NCBI RefSeq assembly: GCF_001194135.2 | Contig: NC_068994.1 | Span: 7,719,797 to 7,779,455 of the forward strand | DNA length: 59,659 nucleotides | Reading direction: 5' to 3' | Origin: Octopus bimaculoides | Taxonomy: Eukaryota | Part shown: positions 51,923 through 59,659 of the stretch, piece by piece | Layout: every line of letters starts with the position of its first letter | Numbering within the stretch: position 1 is the stretch's first letter | Program-made: the position numbers and the translations under genes | The notes under the pieces: model-generated | Told to the model about the DNA's origin: nothing | Databases searched by the model: none | Seen by the model: the letters and a program-made list of their open reading frames with translations, nothing else

Positions 51923-54900
51923 ATTTGTGTGTCTGTGTTTGTCCCCCCTAGCATTGCTTGACAATGTTGTGTTTATGTCCCCGTCACTTAGCAGTTCGGC
52001 AAAAGAGTCCCGATAGAATAAGTACTAGGCTTACAAAGAATAAGTCCTGGGGTCGATTTGCTCGACTAAAGGCGGTGCTCCAGCATGGCCACAGTCAAAT
52101 GACTGAAACAAGTAAAAGAGTAAATAAGGATTACATTTCACAGAGTAATCTGAATGCTAAAAAGTTAAAACAGATTAGTGGATGCATTGCACTCTGATGC
52201 AAAATAATACACACATACTGGTGTAGAACATTAAAAGCAGTCAAGTTTTCGGAACGTTCTAGGATTCTAAATATTCTAGACAGGCCTCAAAAATAGTAAC
52301 ACACAAGTAGGTTATCTCAGTGGGAAAAAAAGAAATAACTTGCAACATTCAACATTATCTCTAGAAAAAAGAAAAAAAAGGATAAAAATGTAGAATGGTC
52401 AGTTGGAACACCTTTGTTCACAGATTTGCTCAACCAATATTGACCTGATGATAAACAAATATTTTTTTTTTTTTCCACCTGTTATGTGTTCGAACTGACC
52501 GGATCCAATGTTGCACACCTACCATAGAATTGAAATCTCAAAGGCTACGAGATAATGCAGGATTTACTCAAAATGAGGTGAATATAAATTAGCATTTCAT
52601 TTGATAAAATAATCTGAATGCTAAAGGGTGAACAGATGTTAGAACTTAATAGCAAGTCAGTTATCTCAATTCCACAGAACGGTTTGCAAACTGTAACAAC
52701 AGTAAGGCTGACTTACCAGAACAATATGAGAAATGCAGAATAAGAGAAGCCAGGTTTTGGCATGATGAAATTCCTCCGTCTCCCAGATGGTGTGAAAATC
52801 CTTTAGAAAAAAAAGAAAAAAAAACAAATAAATATATTACAAAAATCAAGTTAATGATGATGATAATATTGATAAATAGAGAATTATTTATTGCCTATAT
52901 TATAACAGCAGCATATTGAGGATGGGGGTTAAGAGTTTATGAACAATAATGTCTAAATTCATAAAAAGGGAAGGCTATATGCTTTGTTGATGACACTAGA
53001 AGATCAAAACATATCCAGAGTGGTTCACAATACTTATCGCAGTGTACGTGTGTGGTCTTGAGTCCAGTCCCAGTGTGTAGCACTTTGAGCTTGTGTTTTC
53101 TATTATAGCCCTAGGCTGACAATTGAGCCTTGTAAATGGACTTGGTAGTTGGAAACTGAAAGAAGTCTTTCGTGTGTTTGTATGTATAATGTCTGTACGT
53201 GAGAGAGAGAGATAGATAGATAGAGAGAATGTGTGTGTGTCTGTGTGTACCTTTGTCTTAGGTACTTGATTTGCAAACTCCTTATCAATGGTCCATAGAT
53301 ATCCTCTTGTATTTTTATAAGCACATTGGTGACCAGAGGGCAGCTGATTTCCACAACAGAACACTTTCTTTTCTCCTTGTGGCCCCACATGATATCTAAC
53401 CAGTTGTGTTTTAGCTTGGTGTCAGTACAGTCAACTTTGTCTGTAGCCGTTTTCTTTTTAGTTATCCGGTTCCAGATTGTTCTGGCCACCGCATCATACC
53501 TCACGTTATAATATCTACAAGACATTCTATTGCAGTTGACAATAATGTGGTTGATGTGTTCAGTCTTGGGTCTTACACAGCCTACATTTCTTGCTTATCA
53601 ATGTTTCCTCCCTTTTATGTTGTAGGTACTTGGCAGGGGTCTCTTGTTCTTGAATTGCGATGGAGGTAGCCTTCGAAGTAGGATGTCATAAGCATGTCAG
53701 TACTCCATGCCAAAGCTTTTGAGATTTCTTCTATGGTTTATGTTTTTCGTGCCAAGTATCCATGTATTATCTTCTCAGTGAATTAGTCTGTATATTTTTT
53801 TTTGTTCTTTTGACACATGCACATACACACATGCCAAATCAAACTAGTGTCTGGTGCAGCCCCTCAGCTTACCAGCCCTGGTCAAACCCATCCAACCCAT
53901 GCCAACATGGACAACGGACGTTAAATGATGATGATGAAAAAACGACGTACCTGCTGTGCAACATCAGTATCCAGCTTTTGGCACAAGGTTGCTAAACGGT
54001 AGCTGTCAAGCAACGAACTGTAATGGAGGTAGACTACATGATTTGATGTATCGTAGTAGTATTCTATTTCATCCTGGAAATTAAAAGAAGAGAAATATTA
54101 CTTTAAATTTAACCTTTTTAATATTAATCTATCTGAAAGCTCCACACTTTAATTTTTTTGTAAGTGGCACCTGTGCCATTGGCATGGAAGAAACACTCTT
54201 CGAACTTTGGGCCTCACGGATGCAGTGCTAAGTGACAATATACTGTGCTTGAGAAGACAGGTCAAGCCAAGTGAGATTGTAGTCATGGCCAATATGGCAG
54301 CGTTTCATATCTGGCACCCATGCAAGTGGCACATAAAAACCACCCTTTGTACTTTGGGCCTCATAGAGGCAGTGACAAGTAACTGAGACCTTTGGCAATA
54401 TATCATGTCAAGCCAAGTGAGATAGAATGTAATTGTAGCTGATGGCAGTGATTGGTAACTGGCACCAGTGCTGGTGGCATGTAAAAAGCACCCACTACAC
54501 TCTTGGAGTGGTTGGCATTAGGAAGGGCATCCAGCTGTAGAAACCCTGCCAAATCAGAGTGGAAGCTGGTGAAGCTTCCCAGCTTACAAGTTTTCACTCA
54601 AACTGTCCAATTCATTCTTACCAGCAAGAATTGTATATGGTTGATGGCATAAGAATTTAGAGGCAAATAAAGATACGTCAGCATGCAAATATTGGGTTAA
54701 AGATACACACACACAATGACACTACCGAGAGACGGGGGGGGGGGGGGGAGGAGAGATATCCTAAACTGTCTGACAAAACTGTCAAGTGTAATAATTGTTT
54801 GGAACAAGAAAAAGAGCTGCCATACCTCAGCAATACCACTGATGTATGATTCATCCAAACTCTGCAATAGAAAAGAAAAATATAAGATAAGAAAGACAAT

Positions 54901-57900
54901 AAGAAATTAGATAAATTGCTTTCATAAATGAATAAATCCTATACAATATCAACCCAGCCGAAATTGACTCAATTAACTCTTTAACATTTAAGCCATCCAT
55001 ATCCACCCTTAATATTCTGCCTGCTTTATGTTTGATCTGGCCTCTCACACTAGCTCAGCTATGCCATTCTAAATATGAACATTCACATCACTGAAATCTT
55101 GTAGCTATAACTTAACACTTAACTCAAAACAATGTAAGAAAGAAAAGAAAAATAAGCATTATATTTGACACGGTAAAATCTGATTATCTTCTTTTTACTT
55201 GTTTCAGTCATTAGACTGTGGCCATGCTGGGGCAATGCATGTGGTACTTATTCTATCAGTCTATTTTCTGTCAAATTGCTAAGTTACAGGGGATGTAAAC
55301 AAACCAACACCAGTTATCAAGTGGTAAGGTGGGTGACACATCTTCCCCCTCTTACAGGTATGTGTGCTTCATTTAACCTCTTAACATATTACCCACTATA
55401 TTTTCATTCAGAGATGTCTAGTAAATAAATATTTGAATGAAAACATACATTCACTGTACTCTGAGGCATATGTCACTTATTTCTAACCCCAAATACTTCG
55501 TTCATGATGTTATTCCCATTTTCTATCATTAACTACCATTTCTCTTAGTAACTTCATAATAAATAATAACCAATTCAAAATAATTTGTGTACTTATTCTT
55601 CCTTATATACAGATTCAAATTAATTAATAAAAATAATATTTTTTGCATGGACATTGAAAAAAATTTCTACGTTAAGGGGTTAAGCTCTTTGCTCCCTACA
55701 AAGTACAGGCCATTGATGACTTTTCTTCACTGGCCTTCACTCTGAGCTGTCCCTTTTTTGCTCCTCTCAAGTTGCACCCTTGTTTTTTAGCTCCAATTTT
55801 GCTGCACTGAATCAGACGTTTCCTTGAAGGAGGGCCTTCCTCTTTCAGGTTTTGTTGGGTTTGAATCATCATCAATGTGAGCTGTCCCTTTTAGTTTCTC
55901 TCAAGTTGGGTCCCTACTTTTTAGCTCCAATTTTGCTGTACTGCATCAGATGTTCCCTTGAAAGAAGGCCTTCTCTCAGGTCTTATTGATTTTGAATTGT
56001 CATCGGTGCTTCTAAAACTTTGCTTTTTTTCTAGGTAGGAGTACTGACTCTACACAAACCCATTTTCACCTCTGGCAAGATGCGGTCCATATTTGTCTGG
56101 CCTCTGTCTTTTGACTCATCCAGGCATGGGAGACTATCGGGAGCTTGTACAACCCTGGCATAGCACTCCAGGTTATCGAGGCACACAAGCCATCACACTG
56201 CAACAAGGACTGGACCTTGTGATAGACATGTACATGAGAGCCAGAGTAAAATTTTTGGGAGAATGACTGTTAGTTGTCTCCCCTCTTCAAGATACCCCTG
56301 TAACATGGTGAGAGGGAGATTTGCATAAGTGTTGCCACAGATATTGTGGTCAGTATACAAAACACCGCATCTTACCCAATCCTCTAATAGTTATGTCTAT
56401 CCCCAAAAGGAAGAACAGCATAAAGATTTCTTATTGTCCACAGCAGAGGTTCTCATGCATTCGAAATTGAAACATAGCACTAAAAGATTTCCACATTTCT
56501 GTTCTAAATAGCTTGATCTGCAAGAAATAGCAACTAAATCTCACTCAAGTTACACTGTACATTTTAAAAAGGATGTACTTTTGATAATGAAATCCTCACT
56601 ATACACTCATCACCATTATTTTTAACATCTACTCTTCCAAGATGGAATTTGTTGAGGCAAATTTTCTACAGCAGGATGCCCTTCCTGTTGCCAACCCTAA
56701 TCCGTTTACAAAGCAAGGTAATATTTCTTCATAGTGAGACATGTTATGGAAGATTGGAATCAAAGGACACCGCTTGCATGACAGGGATACTCGTTTACAA
56801 CTATCGCATGAAGTCAAGACAAGAAGAGTAAAAACACACACATCTAGCTATGTATCTCTGTCATCACCATTCTATCTATCTGTTATGGGAGAATCCTGAC
56901 TCCCACCCCATGTGACTGAAGGTGGACTAATTGATTACAATAAATAAGAACTGAGTGAACTTTGAGGGGATACTTGACGGTGTTAATTCAACCATGGTAG
57001 TTTAACATGTTGGTAGTTTACTCTTTTACTTGTTTCAGTCATTTGACTGCGTCCATGCTGGAGCACAGCCTTTTAGTGGAGCAAATCGACCCCAGGACTT
57101 ATTCTTTGTAAGCCTAGTACTTATTCTATCGGTCTCTTTTGCCAAACGGCTAAGTTACGAGGACACAAACACACCAGCATCGGTTGTCAAGCGATGTTGG
57201 GGGGACAAACACAGACACACACACACATACATATATACGACGGGCTTCTTTCAGTTTCCGTCTACCAAATCCACTCACAAGGCTTTGGTCGGCCCGAGGC
57301 TATAGTAGAAGACACTTGCCCAAGGTGCCACGCAGTGGGACTGAACCCAGTACCATGCGGTTGGTAAGCAAGCTACTTACCATACAGCTACCCCTGCGCC
57401 TATTTAACTGTGAATACAGAGTATCGTACCTGAGCTTGAGTAGTTCAGAGTGCGTTCTGTGTTAACATTTATTTCTGCAATAGGCTATTTTTAGATGACT
57501 ACAACCAACTATTTATTTGTGTAATACCATTTTACACCAGACGTGTATACCCATGTAATAACACTATCTATACACAGATGATCGAGCATCTTTCAGTTTC
57601 CATCAACCAAAATCCGCTCACAAAGCTTTAGCCAGCCCAAGGCAACAATAAAAGACAGTCGGGCAAGATGTCATGCAGTGGGACTGAACCCAAAGCCATG
57701 TGGTTGGGATGCAAGGTCCTGAACCACACAGCCATGCCTCTGCCACAGTACGCATGAAGATAAAGAATAAAGCATGGACCGGATATTGGACCATAGGTCT
57801 GTTCAATTATGGTCCAGCTGGGATCTAAACAAGCTGAAATTTAATTTAAAAAAAACAAGAAATTAGTGGATTTTGTTGGCTCACCTTAAAAACATCTTTG

Positions 57901-58005
57901 CCAATGGAAGGATTCAGCAGACTGGCTTTTGAAGAAAAAGCACTGTATCTGCTTTTCCCAATAATGGACACAACACATACTTTAGAATTCTTTTGTGCCA
58001 AGTTA
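34255..58005 (-). CDS. SMG8: SMG8 (nonsense-mediated mRNA decay factor), multi-exon, 5'-partial; 21 coding exons in window
   Basis: Spliced translation is colinear with vertebrate SMG8 as recalled: CVVSIIGK, LVHPGSSFD, RPCSPRVLFVFQ, KRLQHAMEDQIYRLLRKSRV, VPANQEFVY, KGFDDNVG, GRQLCEEISLTGQHC, ACNCGRKQ, STTEYLP..GLLPKFSSWSL, YIGVEYECPRGHRF, AQLMRVY, WVLRLP. All junctions are GT-AG with compatible phases; lengths sum to 1+2622 nt ending in TGA. ATG exon not found. Confidence 0.96.
34370..35226 (-). other. U12-type (minor spliceosome) GT-AG intron, last intron of SMG8
   Basis: 5' splice site GTATCCTTT matches the U12 consensus RTATCCTT. TTCCTTAAT at 34386-34394 matches the U12 branch site, with the branch A 17-18 nt from the AG. 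Phase 2. Confidence 0.85.
34720..35122 (-). mobile_element. family A SINE containing a complete family C SINE (34752-34971), inside the U12 intron
   Basis: C copy sits at the same GAAACTGAAAG site of A as at 28.6 kb. Confidence 0.8.
35227..35406 (-). CDS. SMG8: SMG8 penultimate coding exon
   Basis: tctgcag|T-TKGHMAQLMRVYAAPPECPITVTLNPVVQP...GNIWVLRL-CC|gtatcctttg. Confidence 0.93.
35575..35940 (+). mobile_element. family A SINE
   Basis: matches the consensus. Confidence 0.85.
36118..36176 (-). CDS. SMG8: SMG8 exon
   Basis: tcgttcag|DNAHKLLTSDMPLFCSCPC-CG|gtaagg. Confidence 0.92.
36230..36475 (-). mobile_element. SINE-like repeat (CORE/V-like central domain)
   Basis: CTACAGCTGAGTG.ACTGGAG.AATGTGAAAT.AAGTGT is shared with 50330-50540. 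Confidence 0.5.
36476..37060 (-). mobile_element. RTE LINE AP-endonuclease relic
   Basis: VGDFNSPV...FHDIHRSYGYGERNEVGVRLLEFCDATN matches RTE GDFN.HVG..HGGYG.G.RN..G..LLEFC. Confidence 0.75.
37273..37394 (-). CDS. SMG8: SMG8 exon
   Basis: gctttcag|AG-SGEVNVRVYIGVEYECPRGHRFFSSGPDKLVKMSSSSNVK|gtaaat. Confidence 0.95.
37529..37663 (-). CDS. SMG8: SMG8 exon
   Basis: gtcttag|GT-LDLPGFFHGSNFLLPWDISLRMEKDKWPGLGEANKKTKQKRIQK-G|gtcagt. Confidence 0.93.
37970..38385 (+). mobile_element. family A SINE, full length
   Basis: matches the consensus. Confidence 0.85.
38655..38804 (-). CDS. SMG8: SMG8 exon
   Basis: ctctgtag|AT-VERVFDRQHSTTEYLPDMINSDSPSGLLPKFSSWSLCALGKTSSYVHSQ-G|gtgagg. Confidence 0.95.
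38897..39110. repeat. ~85-89-bp tandem repeat, about 2.5 units
   Basis: AGATCT(C/A)A(G/A)GCACC starts at 38897, 38981 and 39070. Confidence 0.8.
39356..39460 (-). CDS. SMG8: SMG8 exon
   Basis: ctgctgcag|GT-QSGSSDLFASTNMNTESLAEASNSHPQEIRLTQP-G|gtaaat; continues SLALSL-GQS as in SMG8. Confidence 0.82.
39923..40124 (-). CDS. SMG8: SMG8 exon
   Basis: ttgccag|AANFEFYDSLEKSCCLSLQHIELPVFKPGT...NLSLALSL-G|gtaagg. Confidence 0.93.
40200..40712 (+). mobile_element. long family B copy
   Basis: four or more ~60-bp internal units, B body and (GAT)n tail. Confidence 0.8.
41140..41280 (-). CDS. SMG8: SMG8 exon
   Basis: ttgtcag|LHRLPDAIETEENKHLPVMYHSSQLKTKAACNCGRKQADKEDPFNHE|gtaact. Confidence 0.95.
42438..42835. 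mobile_element. pogo/Tigger-like MITE
   Basis: TIR TATACTCAGCTATAAG / CTTATAGTCAAGTATA with TA flanks. Confidence 0.6.
42883..43038 (-). CDS. SMG8: SMG8 exon
   Basis: atttcag|FNQAKRVFAQYARGAAYKKYLCQLEEACEKWWKSGRQLCEEISLTGQHCVNP|gtgagg. Confidence 0.95.
43282..43325 (-). ncRNA. minimal type-I hammerhead ribozyme with intact core
   Basis: ACAC-CTGATGA-A-GGCTG-gagggtatat-CAGCC-GAAAC-GTT-GTGT; predicted cleavage after GUU (43286/43285). Confidence 0.7.
43561..43604 (+). ncRNA. hammerhead motif with G12-to-A mutation
   Basis: ACAC-CTGATGA-A-GGCTG..CAGCC-AAAAC-GTT-GTGT. Confidence 0.5.
43882..43969 (-). CDS. SMG8: SMG8 exon
   Basis: ttccacag|T-RCNKVLPVAETAYQEGLPTHYTNSYHLSK|gtgagt. Confidence 0.92.
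44921..45153 (-). mobile_element. family C SINE with 23-bp TSD
   Basis: TTTAATAAATAAATAATATTTCT at 44900-44922 and 45161-45183. Confidence 0.85.
45190..45329 (-). CDS. SMG8: SMG8 exon
   Basis: ctcttcag|MATASTWFTLASKLYQLYF...KLDVDIRFSE-AA|gtaagg. Confidence 0.92.
46953..47164 (-). CDS. SMG8: SMG8 exon
   Basis: ttttctcag|AA-PMKGKSY...FHDFLWPHIELAFNKGFDDNVGKRQVPALFE|gtgggt. Confidence 0.93.
47602..48325 (-). mobile_element. internally deleted mariner
   Basis: EFQECFRQWKRHWIKCVISE C-terminus on the minus strand; TIR TATGAGGTCTGATCCAAAAGTATC; shares terminal sequence with 6830-7000. Confidence 0.7.
48386..48519 (-). CDS. SMG8: SMG8 exon
   Basis: tctgcag|T-NNSLFAVPANQEFVYINSRRSDSSDPVAYFLLQLRNTHTVNKDG-G|gtaagt. 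Confidence 0.93.
48840..48928 (-). CDS. SMG8: SMG8 exon
   Basis: tatttcag|RNPPLKRLQHAMEDQIYRLLRKSRVITNI-AG|gtatag. Confidence 0.94.
49270..49870 (+). mobile_element. RTE LINE ORF relic
   Basis: GRWPCMICRKGVARNSIRCTWCKLWIHKKCS zinc finger; ARIKIGWVKFRELLPLLVTKSLSLRVKGRLYEACV. Confidence 0.8.
50095..50257 (-). CDS. SMG8: SMG8 exon
   Basis: atttcag|G-VQLLSVMSEQLQGLHISKEWYLSARPCSPRVLFVFQ...KPRSQ|gtaagg. Confidence 0.92.
50731..50963 (-). mobile_element. family C SINE nested antisense in a family A tail
   Basis: A-tail sequence on both sides; ATCAATCT duplicated. Confidence 0.8.
51363..51430 (-). CDS. SMG8: SMG8 exon
   Basis: cttttcag|LVHPGSSFDTSFIRIFRILDTL-AG|gtacag. Confidence 0.92.
51722..52120 (+). 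mobile_element. family A SINE, full length
   Basis: matches the consensus. Confidence 0.85.
52717..52800 (-). CDS. SMG8: SMG8 exon
   Basis: ttttctaaag|DFHTIWETEEFHHAKTWLLLFCISHIVL|gtaagt. Confidence 0.88.
53240..53770 (-). mobile_element. RLE-type LINE C-terminal relic (CCHC plus endonuclease)
   Basis: KCRLCK..HINHIIVNC..RYDAVART..DIMW..KRKCSVVEISCP. Confidence 0.65.
53951..54073 (-). CDS. SMG8: SMG8 exon
   Basis: tttccag|DEIEYYYDTSNHVVYLHYSSLLDSYRLATLCQKLDTDVAQQ|gtacgt. Confidence 0.88.
54826..54861 (-). CDS. SMG8: putative 36-nt SMG8 exon (phase 0 to 0)
   Basis: long pyrimidine tract ...ttttctattgcag|SLDESYISGIAE|gtatgg; frame-neutral; lies in a poorly conserved region. Confidence 0.55.
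55377..55679. mobile_element. piggyBac-like MITE
   Basis: TTAA on both flanks; TIR CCTCTTAACATA versus CCCCTTAACGTA. Confidence 0.5.
55745..56010. repeat. ~133-bp direct tandem duplication
   Basis: two diverged units beginning GAGCTGTCCCTTTT and containing TTTTTTAGCTCCAATTTTGCTG. Confidence 0.8.
57020..57400 (-). mobile_element. family A SINE, full length
   Basis: reverse complement of the consensus. Confidence 0.85.
57885..58005 (-). CDS. SMG8: SMG8 exon (first in window; phase 2 to 0)
   Basis: ttttgcag|T-NLAQKNSKVCVVSIIGKSRYSAFSSKASLLNPSIGKDVFK|gtgagc. Confidence 0.9.
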
Positions 58006-58062
58006 CTGCAAAATAACAAAGAAATACAGAATTATAGCATTGAGAATTTCCAAGACTGACTC

Positions 58063-58296
58063 TTCTTATTTCTTTATTGCCCACAAGGGGCTAAACATAG
58101 AGGGGACAAACAAGGACAGACAAAGTTATTAAGTCGATTACATCGACCCCAGTGTGTAACTGGTACTTAATTTATCAACCCTGAAAGGATGAAAGGCAAA
58201 GTTGACTTTGGCGCAATTTGAACTCAGAACATAACAGCAGACGAAATACCGCTAAGCATTTCGCCCGGTGTGCTAACGTTTCTGACAGCTCGCCGC
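58063..58296 (-). mobile_element. family C SINE
   Basis: reverse complement of 28619-28850; GACTGACTCTT-like TSD; inserted ~60 bp upstream of an exon acceptor. Confidence 0.85.
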
Positions 58297-59373
58297 TTTC
58301 TTCTGACTGACTCTTATTCACCAGAGAACCTGGTTTCAGGAAATAAACTGATTGTTTTGATACCAGCCCATGTGAGACTGCCTGAGATTCTTTGATACAA
58401 ACTTCAAGTGAAGTGATTAAAATAAAAACCTTTCGTCAAAATTTCATGTTAAGTTCCAAACCTCAATTTTATCATCACCATCGTCGTTTAATGTCCGCTT
58501 TCCATGCTGGTAAAGGTTGGATGGTTTGACTGAGGACTGGCGAGCCAGAAGGCTGCACCAGGCTCCAATCTAACCTGGCAGAGTTTCTACAGCTGGATGC
58601 CCTTCCTAAAAGTTATTTTACTAGATTCATTGTTTATTTTAACATCCACTTTTCCGTTCTAGGATGGAGCGGATGGAATTTATTGAGGTAGGTTTTCTAT
58701 GGCTAGATGTGCTTCTGAACCCGGAACCATGTGGTTGGTAAGCAAGCTACTTACCACATAGCCACTCCTGCGCCTATAATTATACTGTACTAAGTTTCTA
58801 TCTTTATTTAAGATGGTAGGATGTGATCTGGGGGAAATTTAGATGCTATTTCAGGCAAATCATATAGCGGCTTCTCCACATGAAATGATAGCATCCATGC
58901 ATGTCCACACATACCCAGGTATATCGATTTTTGGTTCTAAACTCATTACCAATTACTGATTTTTTCCTAATCAAAGGTAGTCACTTTGGTCAACACTATA
59001 ATTAAATATCAGATTTACTTAAAACAATTAAATGAAGTACGGTTACTTGTACATTAGTATAAACGATAAAATTTTATTAATACTGTATTGAGCAAGTACC
59101 ATTAAACTAGGCTGGCAACTGCAGGGATTTGAAGTTCCTGCTGGCAGATTAGAGAGGATTATAAGCTGTATATATATTACACCTGTAATATATACACAAA
59201 TTCATACACTTGGACATTTTTGAGATAGTATTGAAGGAGAGTTGAATGTGCTTTGGTCAATTAATTCTAATAGATTGAATTACAGGACAACTGAACCTAT
59301 TCCATACTTTGACACAAGCTGTTAATTACTACCAGAACCTATTTGACTAAAGTCCAATTAAATAGTATTTTGT

Positions 59374-59659
59374 TATTCTGTTGTGTCTGGGGGGAGTCAT
59401 TTTCTTATTGTGCCTTAAAATTTAACACACTCACCGGTAAAATTTCCACTTATTTCTTATTTTTATTTTGCTAAAATTTTCGTTACGTCTTGCAATAGTC
59501 AAGACTATTGAAAAGGTTGCAAGACGCAACGAAAATTTTAGGAAAATAAAAATAAGAAATAAGTGGAAATTTTACCGGTGAGTGTGTTAAATTTTAAGGC
59601 ACAATAAGAAAATGACTCTCCTCAGACACAACAGAATATGCTTCAACACACGAAATCAC
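59374..59659. repeat. long near-perfect inverted repeat (~120-bp arms, 21-bp spacer)
   Basis: 59374-59495 is the reverse complement of 59517-59638 with few mismatches; the right arm continues into a motif also seen at 6292-6326. Confidence 0.85.

Noticed and set aside
58006-59373. SMG8 start exon
   Set aside because: No convincing ATG-containing exon ending in phase 2 was found; probably outside the window.

Overview
AT-rich, gap-rich, repeat-dense eukaryotic DNA. The SINE families and microsatellite load suggest an octopus (inference, not verified by search). The one confident gene is SMG8 (nonsense-mediated decay, SMG1-kinase complex subunit) on the minus strand. I reconstructed 21 coding exons by hand between 58005 and the stop at 34255. 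All have GT-AG boundaries and consistent phases (2623 nt, about 873 aa); the start exon was not found and probably lies beyond the right edge. The last intron has U12-type (minor spliceosome) signals. The rest is mostly tRNA-derived SINEs, RTE/CR1/RLE-type LINE relics, a decayed Gypsy RT, Tc1/mariner relics, MITEs and microsatellites. The most unusual observation is a small element with a tRNA-like Pol III head and a Penelope-type minimal hammerhead ribozyme, found twice as a head-to-head palindrome. One ribozyme copy has an intact core and lies in the sense orientation inside an SMG8 intron. A second repeat family has a hammerhead-like fold with a variant core, and a SINE-in-SINE composite recurs at two loci. 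Most ORFs in the supplied track are artefacts of N-gaps and microsatellites. Repeat boundaries are approximate (tens of bp); exon boundaries were counted by hand.
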